A DNA stretch of 64,000 nt from a virus, in the IMG/VR virus record IMGVR_UViG_3300034022_001261; one strand, given 5' to 3'. A model generated the notes under the pieces. That model had not been told where the DNA came from. It ran no database searches and saw only the letters and a list, made by a program, of their open reading frames with translations. The position numbers and the translations under genes were made by a program. Positions 10,095 to 20,900 of the stretch are shown here, in pieces (position 1 is the stretch's first letter; every line of letters starts with the position of its first letter).

Positions 10095-10495
10095 GTGTTA
10101 CAGTATATTTAGCAGGTGCGATGGATTATGTCGGGGACTATGCTAAGGGATGGAGACAGGAAGCTACTTTAATGTTGGCCCTACGTGGGTACAAGGTGTT
10201 GGACCCAACTTCTATACCAGAAGGGGAAGATATGTCCCCAGAAGAAAAGGTACAAAAAAATCTATTTATGCAGAAGAGATCAGACATTCTCCTAGTAGAA
10301 TACATGCTAGAAGATAGAGCTTACATAGGTACTGATTTTGAAATGGCTTGGGCAAAGATGAATGATCAGCCAATCGTAGTTATGTGTTCTAACCAAAATA
10401 AAGATCGCCCATACATGAAGTATATGGCCACAAAAATAGTAGATAATATTGAAGATGCTATAGAATACATAGCTATTCATTATCCAGCTAACTAA
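10091..10495 (+). CDS. Nucleoside 2-deoxyribosyltransferase-like protein
   Basis: VYLAGAM, SDILLV, GTDFEMAWA motifs. Confidence 0.8.
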   Translation: MSVTVYLAGAMDYVGDYAKGWRQEATLMLALRGYKVLDPTSIPEGEDMSPEEKVQKNLFMQKRSDILLVEYMLEDRAYIGTDFEMAWAKMNDQPIVVMCSNQNKDRPYMKYMATKIVDNIEDAIEYIAIHYPAN

Positions 10496-10506
10496 GATTT
10501 TATACG

Positions 10507-11052
10507 ATGTACCCAACAGTAATAATAGAAAATTTAATAAAAGAAGATACTCTTAATTTAATAGAGTCTTCTTTTATTAATTTAGATTTTGAATTAGGTC
10601 CTTTTGAAAAAGAGGTAACAAATTCAACACTGCGAGGTTATTTTGTAGATCAAAATTTTGTGTACTATGATTTTATGAAAGTAATAGACGACAAAATAGA
10701 CAAACATATTAAAGCTCATTATCCTAAACAATTTGAATTATGTAGTGGACAGGTGATAGTAAGGTATATAAAGAATCAGTTTATTAAAAAACATATAGAC
10801 TGGCATTATGAAACTGAATCAGATATTTTAAATAAGAAAAAAACAATTTACTTAAGTTCTGTTTTTTACTTTAATGACAATTACTCTGGTGGAGATTTAG
10901 TTTTTTATAATGATAATAAAGAAAAGTATTTTTCTATTAAACCTAAAAAAAATTGCCTTATACTATTTGACGCACTTCAAGTTCACTCCACTATACCTAT
11001 CATTTCTGGGACAAAGTATTCCTATACAAACTTTTATACTTTAAAGGATTAA
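10507..11052 (+). CDS. 2OG-Fe(II) oxygenase (prolyl 4-hydroxylase-like)
   Basis: HxD (HIDW), SSVFYFNDNYSGGDL, HST...KYS; locally very AT-rich. Confidence 0.85.
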   Translation: MYPTVIIENLIKEDTLNLIESSFINLDFELGPFEKEVTNSTLRGYFVDQNFVYYDFMKVIDDKIDKHIKAHYPKQFELCSGQVIVRYIKNQFIKKHIDWHYETESDILNKKKTIYLSSVFYFNDNYSGGDLVFYNDNKEKYFSIKPKKNCLILFDALQVHSTIPIISGTKYSYTNFYTLKD

Positions 11053-11154
11053 CAATTTTTTATTTGATGTTATCGAATGTTGCTTATTGAGCTACTGGGT
11101 GTTATAATTATATTCTTATATTAAATAGCGAAAGCTACAATCTAAAGGAAAACA

Positions 11155-11337
11155 ATGTCAGACAATAAATTTAAATACTTTACTGTAACAACAACTTCAG
11201 TCGTCAAGGCTAATAGTAAAACAGATGCTCAGAAGCTTGCCATGGGTCGTCGTGGAGTTACTGGTGAAGTTTTGTTCAAGGATGTTGAGATCGAGCGCAT
11301 TTCTGCAATTGAAGCTCGCGAGCAGACAATAGCCTAA
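11155..11337 (+). CDS. Small hypothetical protein
   Basis: 60 aa, AAGGA RBS, TATAAT upstream. Confidence 0.7.
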   Translation: MSDNKFKYFTVTTTSVVKANSKTDAQKLAMGRRGVTGEVLFKDVEIERISAIEAREQTIA

Positions 11338-11405
11338 TTATAATATTGGTATAATGGAGGGCTGCTTTAATGTGGCCCTCCATTTAACCTTAGACTGGAA
11401 TACAT

Positions 11406-12098
11406 ATGATTTATGCACAAATGGTAGGCAAGAATGAAAGCTCTAGATTTTTAGAGCCAGTCCTACAGAGACTATCAGAACAGGTAGATAAAATTATATT
11501 TACCGATGACTGTTCTACAGATAATACCCCAGAAATTGCATCTAAGTATGCTGAAGTCTTCATTAATGAAGAGTCGCTTTTTTCTAAGCACGAGGGTCAA
11601 TTAAGAGCTAGAGCTTGGGGTAACCTAGAGAAGTTTGCAAAGCCTGGTGACTGGGTGATAGCAATAGACTGTGATGAGATGCTATACCATACAGGAGATT
11701 TGGCCCCTAGAGATGTTCTAGCTAAATCACAATTTGATATAGTTAATGTTCGTTTCTATCATATGTGGAATGAAACACAGTATAGAGTGGATAAACTTTG
11801 GGCTCCAAATAATTCTACTCGTATTTTCCGCTTCAAAGAAGGTGGAGGTTTCCATAACAGAGCCCTTGCCTGTGGATCTGAACCCACTTATGTAGGGGAG
11901 TGGATGCAGCAAAGAAATTACTGGGCAGATTCCAACCTCATCATGCAGCACTTAGGCTATACTCATGACATAGACAAAACTATGAAGTATGAAAGATATT
12001 CCACCCTAGATGGTGGAGCTTTCCATCAACTTGATCACATCAATTCTATAATAGACCCTAATCCAGTTTTAATTAACTGGGGAAACTTTGGTATTTAA
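11406..12098 (+). CDS. Glycosyltransferase family 2-like
   Basis: MVGKNESSRFL, FTDDCSTDNT, WVIAIDCDEML, HLGY motifs. Confidence 0.8.
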   Translation: MIYAQMVGKNESSRFLEPVLQRLSEQVDKIIFTDDCSTDNTPEIASKYAEVFINEESLFSKHEGQLRARAWGNLEKFAKPGDWVIAIDCDEMLYHTGDLAPRDVLAKSQFDIVNVRFYHMWNETQYRVDKLWAPNNSTRIFRFKEGGGFHNRALACGSEPTYVGEWMQQRNYWADSNLIMQHLGYTHDIDKTMKYERYSTLDGGAFHQLDHINSIIDPNPVLINWGNFGI

Positions 12099-12758
12099 AT
12101 GAGTAACGACTCCATAATTCTAGACCCAGTTAAGTCTATTATTGATCTAACTAAAAAGATGGATGAAAAAGAAAAATTTGCATTCATTAACTTACCCCCT
12201 GCTGCTATAGCATCTTTGAATTTTTCTTCTGAAAAAAAACTTCCAAAGTATTTCGTTAAAGCTATATCAAATTGTGCTGCAATTGAAGATGATAATTTTC
12301 TGAAGGCAGTCCCTGCAGAGATTGCCTACGACATAGAAAAAGGTAAGTTAGCTAATATAGGATTGAATAACAATAGATACTATTATTCTTTAAATACTTT
12401 TGAGCACTTCTATAACACTAGAAAAGAAGTCGTAGACATATTTGTTAATCATTATATTAGAGACTCAAAAAATGTAATCGTTACTTTTCATGACAAAAAA
12501 GTGATACAGGGAATATTTGGGACCAATCAGCAGATTATAGCTGTTCCATATAATGGTTACTTTGATAAGATAGATTCCATACATGCACAGATAGCTGAGC
12601 TTGATGGTAAAGTCGATTACTGCATTATGGATTGCCCGCTTTTAGCCACCGCTTTAGCCCCTAAGATTTGGGAGACATTAAATATGTCGATACTTGACCT
12701 GGGAAGAGTTGTTAGTACTAGTAGATTTTCAAATACTAAAACTAATGAAAAAAGATAA
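12099..12758 (+). CDS. Hypothetical protein, possibly GT-D-fold/glycan-related
   Basis: C-terminal CPLLATALAPKIWE..SILDLG resembles GT-D-like tails; weak. Confidence 0.4.
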   Translation: MSNDSIILDPVKSIIDLTKKMDEKEKFAFINLPPAAIASLNFSSEKKLPKYFVKAISNCAAIEDDNFLKAVPAEIAYDIEKGKLANIGLNNNRYYYSLNTFEHFYNTRKEVVDIFVNHYIRDSKNVIVTFHDKKVIQGIFGTNQQIIAVPYNGYFDKIDSIHAQIAELDGKVDYCIMDCPLLATALAPKIWETLNMSILDLGRVVSTSRFSNTKTNEKR

Positions 12759-13392
12759 TTGGGAAGAAGAATCTGACAATACAGAATACTTAGTTGATTT
12801 ATTATTTGAAACTTCTTTAAGCTTAAATCAAATAGCAAAAGAAGTTGGCTGGCCAATAGCTAGAGTTAATAAAAAGATAAATCAATTAGGTCTTTCTTGG
12901 TTAAAAGAATCTAGAAAAAAAGTATCTAGAGGACAAACAGCTTTAACTAATATTATGAAGAAGCTATTGCCCAGCGAAAAGATAGTTAATGAATTCTATC
13001 TAGAAGACAAGCTTAGACTAGATGTTTACTGTCCAAGCTACAAGTTAGCTGCGGAGTATCACGGTAGGCAACACTTCTATTATACTTCTAAATTTTTTGA
13101 ATCCAAGTATGAGTTTGAAGAAGCGCTTAAGAGAGACAAAAGAAAAATAGAGATATGCAAGGAAAGAGGCATAGCTCTGGTTGTTATCCGCTATAATGAT
13201 GAACTTACCGAACAATCTGTTTTTGATAGAATGATAGATGCCATTAGGCATTCGCCTCATGTCAAGGAACAAAAGATTAAGAATGAATTGTATTCTTCTG
13301 ATTTTTATATAGAATCTAAGAAAAAACTTTCTGAACAAAGAAAAAAAGCTTACAAGACAATGAAAGAAAAGCGAAAGAATGACAATCGATAA
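12745..13392 (+). CDS. HTH plus Vsr/DUF559-like PD-(D/E)XK endonuclease
   Basis: SLNQIAKEVGW HTH; LRLDVYCPSYKLAAEYHGRQH, RDKRKIEIC..IALVVIRY. Confidence 0.7.
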   Translation: MKKDNWEEESDNTEYLVDLLFETSLSLNQIAKEVGWPIARVNKKINQLGLSWLKESRKKVSRGQTALTNIMKKLLPSEKIVNEFYLEDKLRLDVYCPSYKLAAEYHGRQHFYYTSKFFESKYEFEEALKRDKRKIEICKERGIALVVIRYNDELTEQSVFDRMIDAIRHSPHVKEQKIKNELYSSDFYIESKKKLSEQRKKAYKTMKEKRKNDNR

Positions 13393-14839
13393 TCTTGAAG
13401 AGCTTGATGATACCCCAATAGAGTATCAGATCTTTGCCCTATCTCTTAGAGAAGAGGGGGCTATAAAGTATTTCTCAGAGGAGTTAGACCCTTTAATAGT
13501 GGGAATTAACCATGGGCAAAAGGGGATTCACGAATTTTATCGAGCCCTACTCGCCTACCATACCGCTACTCAACTAGATGTAGTTGATCCAATTGGATTT
13601 AAGAGTTGGCTAGAAACAGAAACTGACATCAAAGAGGGGCTTGGTGGTAACGCTGGAGTGACAGTGATGATGGACTTGTTGATGTCCTTAGATCTTTCAA
13701 CCTCTGATTCTGTAGTCCAATTGGTTAAACATAAAGCCAATAAACGCAAACAGATCGACTACCTGCAAGAGTTGCAGCTTATCCTGAACCAAAAAGGCAG
13801 TAAGTCTGAAAAAGATTTATCTAGGATTAATTTAATTACTTCTGAAATTAGAGAACTAGAAAATCAATTAAACTATAACCCATTTGATAAGTTAACTACG
13901 GCTAAAGATATTTCTGATAGAGTAGAATCCTTGCTGGACATACCAAGCTTTGTGCCAACTCAATTTAAGGCACTCAATAGAGCTATGGGTTATACTGATG
14001 AAGGTGGTTTTTTTAAGGGTGCAGTTCACGCCATAATAGCTGCTTCAGGTAAGGGTAAGAGCACCTTTGCTAAGTGCCTAGTTAATAACTGGGTAGACAA
14101 TGGGTATACGGCTTTATACGTCAACTTTGAAGAAGCAACTGGTCACTGGGAAAGAGTCCTTATGACCCAGATAATTGGCAAGAACGTGTACAAAGACGCA
14201 GATACATGGAGTCCAGAAGAGAAACAAAAATACATAGATAAGTTTAAGGCTAAGTTAGCAGAGTGGGGCGACAGACTCATGGTTAGGCATGACCCGGAAA
14301 CTCCATACTTTGAGGACCTAGAGAGATGGCTCAAAGATATAATTGAGCATTCAAACAAGACTCCTGACATCGTAGTAATTGATACTATACAATCAATGTT
14401 CACCAAAGGTGGCAAAGGTAAGCCTAGATGGGGTGAGTTTGAAGAGATGATGGTCAAGCTGGAGAAGCTTGCTAGAGACATGAATTGTGTTCTGATTATT
14501 ACCGCACAAGAAAACTCTAATCGAATGAAAGAAAAAAGAGAAGTAGTCCAACAGTCTGATACCGGAGGATCACTAGCCATCCAACAAAAGTGTGCTGTTA
14601 CTATATTTATAACAGAGAAAAAACTTTTGAGTGGGGATGACTCTGAAGACGACAATATAATGCAACTACAGATACCCAAAAACAGAATTACAGGTTCTAG
14701 CTTTCTTTATAACCCACCACTTGTTAGGTATGTAGACTCTAAAAAGATATACGAAGAATACGATCCCGTAACAGAGGAAGACTACGATACAAGTTCGTTA
14801 CTAGATGATTTATTAGATGATGGAGATTTTGATATATGA
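13379..14839 (+). CDS. dnaB: DnaB-like replicative helicase
   Basis: Walker A AASGKGKST, YVNFEE, Walker B IVVIDTIQ, ITAQEN, PKNR. Confidence 0.88.
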   Translation: MTIDNLEELDDTPIEYQIFALSLREEGAIKYFSEELDPLIVGINHGQKGIHEFYRALLAYHTATQLDVVDPIGFKSWLETETDIKEGLGGNAGVTVMMDLLMSLDLSTSDSVVQLVKHKANKRKQIDYLQELQLILNQKGSKSEKDLSRINLITSEIRELENQLNYNPFDKLTTAKDISDRVESLLDIPSFVPTQFKALNRAMGYTDEGGFFKGAVHAIIAASGKGKSTFAKCLVNNWVDNGYTALYVNFEEATGHWERVLMTQIIGKNVYKDADTWSPEEKQKYIDKFKAKLAEWGDRLMVRHDPETPYFEDLERWLKDIIEHSNKTPDIVVIDTIQSMFTKGGKGKPRWGEFEEMMVKLEKLARDMNCVLIITAQENSNRMKEKREVVQQSDTGGSLAIQQKCAVTIFITEKKLLSGDDSEDDNIMQLQIPKNRITGSSFLYNPPLVRYVDSKKIYEEYDPVTEEDYDTSSLLDDLLDDGDFDI

Positions 14840-15633
14840 AACAACTAAAGGTGGAGTCCATTAAAGACTTCCAAACATGCGCTCTTCTATACAGTTATAG
14901 GCATGAGCAAAAATTAAATGAAACTATCCCATCTAGAGATGTGTTTACACAAAAATTTGAAAATACAATTAAAAGTGTTATCAATTTTTTCTTTTACAAA
15001 AAACAAGGCGGGTTCACCCCATCTTATGCATCCCTATTGAATAGGTGGGAAAAAATATGGTATCCAAAAGATATGACTTCCTATGATATTATTCATGAAC
15101 AGCATGAGAGCTACTATGGCAATAATGCAAGTCTAACTTCACGAGCTGCCTCTACTCTTTTAAATTTTTATAATATATATTCACAAGATGATTCCATACC
15201 AATATCAATAGACCAACCATTTATAATACCATTAGGCGATTCTACAAAAGTAGACGGTAATTTTGATTTAATCTTAGCTAAAGATAACCAATACTATGTC
15301 TATAAATGGGTCTTTAACTTTAGAAGCTCTCATGCAGATACGTATCAAGTTGATTTTTCTGTTCTACACGAAGCTTTTAAACATAAGTTTGGCGCTAAAA
15401 TAAATCAAGCTCATTTTGGATACTATGATCTATTGGCTTCTAACCAAAAATTTACGGATTTTCAAATAGATAAAGAAGATTCTAATTCTTTAAAATATTG
15501 GGCTAATACTATCAACGAAACAGAAGTTTTTGCTCCTAGAAGAGGTCAGACAATCTACTGTAAGAAATGCCCATTCGATACACCTTGTTCAAAGTGGAAA
15601 GCCTGGGATGGCATAGAAGCCCCAACCAGCTGA
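14836..15633 (+). CDS. PD-(D/E)XK nuclease superfamily protein (possibly degenerate)
   Basis: N-terminal Cys, GNFDLIL, C-terminal CKKCPFDTPC. Confidence 0.6.
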   Translation: MKQLKVESIKDFQTCALLYSYRHEQKLNETIPSRDVFTQKFENTIKSVINFFFYKKQGGFTPSYASLLNRWEKIWYPKDMTSYDIIHEQHESYYGNNASLTSRAASTLLNFYNIYSQDDSIPISIDQPFIIPLGDSTKVDGNFDLILAKDNQYYVYKWVFNFRSSHADTYQVDFSVLHEAFKHKFGAKINQAHFGYYDLLASNQKFTDFQIDKEDSNSLKYWANTINETEVFAPRRGQTIYCKKCPFDTPCSKWKAWDGIEAPTS

Positions 15634-15665
15634 TATACTATTAGTCTTAACGAAAGGCATTCATT

Positions 15666-16340
15666 TTGGCTAACAAATCAATACTTGATGATATTTTAAA
15701 TAAAGAAAAAGATTCTATATCAATTGAAGAAGAGGCTGTAATCCTAAAGCCACTATCGGAAGAAATTGATTTAATAATTAATGACGGAATAAAAAGTTTT
15801 GTTAAATCTATTTTAATTAGATCTAATTCTTTTTGGGAAATACCATCTAGTTTTTCTGGGAGATTTCATCCACCTGATGAGCATAACAAGGGCGGCAATG
15901 CCCTTCATACCAAAAGAGTAGTGAGAGCTGCAAAAGTAATTTCTGATTCCTACTCTTTAAACACAGAAGAAAGAGACTTAGTCTACGCTGCATGCCTACT
16001 ACATGACTTGACTAAAGGGATTACGTCCAAAGATGATGATAAGTCTTTTGTTTACGACCCACTTCACCCCTATACTGTTGGCCATTTTGTTGAAAAATGT
16101 CAAGCTTATGACAAGAAGTATGCAGGAGAATCTCAATCTTCAACGCTATTTGTAGATGAAGAGACGATACAATCAATCCTTAGACTAGTTAGGTGTCACC
16201 TCGGTCCTTGGTCACCAGTCCCGGAGACTATACCTATCACCTATCTAGAAGTCATAGTGCACCTTGCAGACAACCTTGCTTCAAAAGTCCATTATATAAC
16301 TGATGGAGATACTATAATAGAAGAACGTTGGAAGTTTTAG
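15666..16340 (+). CDS. HD-domain phosphohydrolase
   Basis: HTKRV...LLHDLTKG...CH...HLAD. Confidence 0.85.
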   Translation: MANKSILDDILNKEKDSISIEEEAVILKPLSEEIDLIINDGIKSFVKSILIRSNSFWEIPSSFSGRFHPPDEHNKGGNALHTKRVVRAAKVISDSYSLNTEERDLVYAACLLHDLTKGITSKDDDKSFVYDPLHPYTVGHFVEKCQAYDKKYAGESQSSTLFVDEETIQSILRLVRCHLGPWSPVPETIPITYLEVIVHLADNLASKVHYITDGDTIIEERWKF

Positions 16341-16511
16341 TTGATAGACAGTGAAGAAAGAATATCTAAAAGATACTTTATATTAAACAATCTAGAATAT
16401 TTTATAGCTGAATCGGTATACTACAGAACCTATTCGGAAGACATGGAAGACTATGCTAAGAAAATTCTTTATAATTATAATGATCAATCTGGAAGCTTGA
16501 ATATAAAATGA
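16341..16511 (+). CDS. Small hypothetical protein (56 aa, not in track)
   Basis: TTG start right after HD gene; TGA overlaps primase ATG. Confidence 0.55.
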   Translation: MIDSEERISKRYFILNNLEYFIAESVYYRTYSEDMEDYAKKILYNYNDQSGSLNIK

Positions 16512-17716
16512 GAATATCCTCAGACAATACTAGGTATACTTCTGCTTGGAGATACGTAGAGCTCGCCAAGTACGTGCCATCTCTAGGTAGAATTATAAGA
16601 ATAAAGAAAGAAGATGATCCTGTCTTAGTGGATATAGATAGATTAGATGCTTTTAGGGAAAAGTACAATAACCTTGGGCTATACACTTCTGTGTGGCAGT
16701 ATAACTCTAAGGACATAGACGTTGCTACCAGAATGGGTTCACTTTATTTTGATATAGATAACAAAGACGTTAATGTTTCCCTAGAGGAGTGTAAGAGATT
16801 ATACTCTTATCTTTCTAATTACATTCCTGAGGAATCGTTAATAGTATATTACACTGGCAAAAAGGGATTCCATATAGAGTGTGAAGCTTTAGCTCTTGGA
16901 ATTCCTAACGGCAATGACCTCCACAGTGTGTTTAGATTTATAGCCAATGACTTATATAAGAAATTGCAATTGACTTCTTTGGACTTTAGTGTTTATGACC
17001 TAAGAAGAATGTGGAGACTACCTGGCTCCATACATCAGGATACTAATCTATATAAAACTAAACTAGATAATTCTATTTTGTTTTCTTCGCTAGAAGATAT
17101 CGTTAAATATTCTTCTGAACCACAAGACTATTCTATCCCAGAACAAGAACGAGATCTAAAGGCTTGTGATTGGTATACCGATTACTCTATTCAAATGCAA
17201 GTAGAAAAAAATAGACCTAAAGACCCCCTTGCTTACTTCAATGAACATGGTTCCAAAAGAGTTACTTCTTTTGGTGATGGAGAAAAAGTTTTTAATAAAG
17301 TCAGATTACTTCACAGCTGCAGCGCAATCAAAAGAATAGAAAAAGAAGCTAAAGAGAATAAGCACCTGGACCACGAGTCTAGATTGTTCCTATGCTCTAT
17401 ACTAACCTATACAGATGACTCAATACAATACCTGCATGAGATACTTAGCAATTGTGATGATTATAATCCAGGTAGATCTTCGGCTCATATAAATGACTGG
17501 ATCAAAAGAAGAGAAGCTGGCATTGGGGGGAGACCTTATACTTGCGAGCGAGCTAATTCCGCAGGAGTTGGTTGCGGAGATTGTTCATTGGAACATAAGA
17601 ACAAATGGATTAAAATTGGTGAAACTTTTGTAGAGACTAGCGAGAAGATTTCTCCGTCTCCAATAAGATTTGCTTATACCAATGAAAAGAAAGGAGGAAC
17701 AACAGATGGTGAATAA
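16508..17716 (+). CDS. Archaeo-eukaryotic primase with Cys-rich C-terminal domain
   Basis: LYFDIDN, YYTGKKGFHI, DFSVYDLRRMWRLPGS; C-terminal CSAI..C..PYTCE..CGDC. Confidence 0.8.
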   Translation: MRISSDNTRYTSAWRYVELAKYVPSLGRIIRIKKEDDPVLVDIDRLDAFREKYNNLGLYTSVWQYNSKDIDVATRMGSLYFDIDNKDVNVSLEECKRLYSYLSNYIPEESLIVYYTGKKGFHIECEALALGIPNGNDLHSVFRFIANDLYKKLQLTSLDFSVYDLRRMWRLPGSIHQDTNLYKTKLDNSILFSSLEDIVKYSSEPQDYSIPEQERDLKACDWYTDYSIQMQVEKNRPKDPLAYFNEHGSKRVTSFGDGEKVFNKVRLLHSCSAIKRIEKEAKENKHLDHESRLFLCSILTYTDDSIQYLHEILSNCDDYNPGRSSAHINDWIKRREAGIGGRPYTCERANSAGVGCGDCSLEHKNKWIKIGETFVETSEKISPSPIRFAYTNEKKGGTTDGE

Positions 17717-17906
17717 TACAGATGACGTTATCGGAGTATGCAGCGAATGCCACTCAGATCAACCTAACCAGTACATGATGAATAGCCCTTTTGCTCAAGA
17801 AGGCAAGAACGTACCCTGCAGATATTGTGGTGGAGTAGTTATAATTACTTACAGAGAAACTAGAGATAGTGCAATAGACGGCAGCGACAGAAGCAGAGGA
17901 TTGTAA
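17706..17906 (+). CDS. Small Zn-ribbon protein
   Basis: CSEC...CRYC. Confidence 0.65.
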   Translation: MVNNTDDVIGVCSECHSDQPNQYMMNSPFAQEGKNVPCRYCGGVVIITYRETRDSAIDGSDRSRGL

Positions 17907-17907
17907 A

Positions 17908-20900
17908 TTGAAGAATTGGACAAATCTACATAACCACACGGTTTATTCCATGTTGGATGGACACGGTGGGGTAGAAGCCTATTTGACGAGAGCTAAGGAT
18001 CTTGGCATGGTTGGTTTGGCAACTACTGACCATGGCAATATCCACTCTTGGCTAGACTTTTATGACGCTGGCACAGCTTTAGGCGTCAAACCAATCTTGG
18101 GTTCTGAGTTTTATCAGGCAAGAAAAACAAGATGGGATAGAGACGAAGAAGAAAGAGCCGGTAAAGCAAAAAGTGAATGGGAACAACGTGGCCCGTATCA
18201 CATAACTATATTAGCTAAAAATAATACTGGTTATCATAACATCATTAAAATGTCTTCCCAATCTTATACTGATGGTTTTTATGTTAAGCCAAGATTAGAC
18301 CATGAGCTTATCTCTCAATATTCTGACGGGATTATAGTTTTATCCGGATGTTTAAATAGCGAAGTAAGCCAAGCTTTACTGAGAAATGATTATGAATTTG
18401 CTTTGGCATCAGCAAAAAAGATGCAAGATATTGTTGGTAAAGACAACTACTTCATCGAGATACAAGACCATGGGTTAGGTGAACAGAGAAAGATCTCTGC
18501 TGAGTTAATAGATATAGCTAAAAAAATAGGAGCTATGGTAATACCCACTGGCGATTGCCACTATGTGAATCAATCAGAAGCAAATTCGCATGACATAATG
18601 CTTTGTGTTGCCACTAATAGTAACATACATACTCCAGATAGATTTTCTTTTTCTGGAGATCACTGGTATCTACATAGCTATCAAGAAATGGCTAAGACAT
18701 TCTCTGAAGAATGGCTAGAGAACACCATGCATGTTCACGACATGATAGATGTAAATCTAAAATTTGGGGAGCTTTACTTTCCTGACTTCCCAATACCAAG
18801 TGGGAAAGAAGTCAACGCTCATCTAGAAGATTTAGCTTGGGCTGGATTAAAGAAAAAATATGGTGATCCACTTCCAATAGAAGTTGTTGATAGAGCTACC
18901 TATGAATTTAGAGTAGTTAAAGAAATGGGTTTCCCTGAATACTTCCTTGTGGTATCCGATCTAGTCAACTGGTCTAAGGAGAATGGTATTAGAGTTGGAT
19001 GGGGTAGAGGATCGGCAGCTGGGAGTATCTTGTCCTATGCTTTGGGGATTACAAACTTAGATCCATTAAAGTTCGGACTAATGTTTGAAAGATTTTTAGT
19101 TGAGGGAAGAAAGTCCATGCCCGACATCGACTTAGACTTTGACGATAGATATAGAGATAAGGTTATTGACTATGCTAGAACTAAATATGGAGATGACAGA
19201 GTTGCCCACATCTGCACCTTTAACAAAGCTGGAGCTAAGCAATCGATAAGAGACGCAGCAAGAGCTCTTGGATATGATTTCACCGCTGGAGACAAGGTGT
19301 CCAAGCTAGTACCTCCACCAGTCTTAGGGGTAGCAAAGAATCTAAACGAATGCATGCAAGTTACTGAGTTTAAGTCTGAATATGATTCAAATGAAGATAG
19401 TAAAAAAATAGTTGACACTGCATTTGGGTTAGAGGGACTTGTCAGACAAACGGGAGTTCACGCTGCCGGCATAGTTATATCAAGAGGTCCACTTACTGAC
19501 TATCTTCCTATCATGAAAAAAGGTGTAGGTAATCCCATTATCACTCAATGGGACATGGGTAGAGTTGAACAGTGCGGACTACTTAAAATTGATTTTTTGG
19601 GTTTAAGAAACCTAGGAGTTATAGACCAGTGTATTAGTTTAGTCAAGAAGAATCTTGATATCGATATAGACCTAGACGACATACCATTAGATGACCAAAA
19701 AACATTCGATGAATTGTGTAAGGGTAATGCTATTGGTGTTTTCCAGCTTGAATCTTCTGGGATGAGACAGTTAATGGTTCAGCTTCAGCCGCAGACTATC
19801 AAGGAAATTATGGCCTTGATCTCCCTATACAGACCAGGACCAATGGGATCAGGGATGGACAAGCTTTATATTAACCGTAAGCATGGGCGTATTCCAATTG
19901 ATTATGAGCATCCTAAAATGAAAGATGCTCTTGAAGAATCATTAGGCATTATGCTATACCAAGAGGATGTATTGGCAGTGGCTAAGGATCTTGCTGGCTT
20001 TACTGTCCCCGAAGCTGACGACTTGCGTAAGGTCATTGGTAAGAAACAAATGGATAAGATTCCTAAAATAAGAAAGAACTTTGTAGAAGGTTGTCTATCC
20101 AATGTTGACATAACTGAAGAGAAAGCTAATAAAATTTTCTCAGATATAGAATACTTTGGAGGTTATGGGTTCAACCGAGCCCACGCTGCAAGTTATGCAA
20201 TGGTTAGTTACATGACTGCGTATTTGAAGACACACTATACCGCTCAGTACATGGCTGCTTTGCTAACGTCTGTTGCCGGCAATAAGGAGAAGTCTTCTTT
20301 ATACTTATCTGAATGTAGGAAATCTTCACTGAAAGTACTACCACCATCTATTAATAATTCCATGCATGACTTTGAAGTTATTGGGGATGATGAAATATTA
20401 TTTGGACTCTCTGCGATTAATGGCATAGGCCCTTCTATAGCTGATGCCATAATCGGCTCAAGAGATGTAGATAGACCCTACACCTCTATGCATGACTTCT
20501 TTAGAAGATGTGATCCAACTATATTAAAAAAGTCAACGATTGAACATTTGGCTGCAGCTGGTGGGTTTGATGATTTAATTGATGTCCCAGAAGAAGTTGA
20601 GATGAACAGAAGACGTGAGTTGGAAATTTTAGAAAAAGAAAAACTAGAATTAGGAATTTACGTATCGAAGCATCCTATTGAGGGAATTTGGGAGATCATT
20701 AAACCCAAGGTAGATAAAGAAATATTTGAATTAGCTGAATGTAACCCTGGCACTAAAGTAAAAATAGGTGGGATTATAACTTCTGTTAAAAAGATGATAA
20801 CTAAAAAAGGTGCAAAGATGTTCAAGCTCGAGGTAGAAGATCTTACCTCAGCCATAGAAATAATCATCTTCCCTAGAGAAGCTAAGTCTATAGTCGATAG

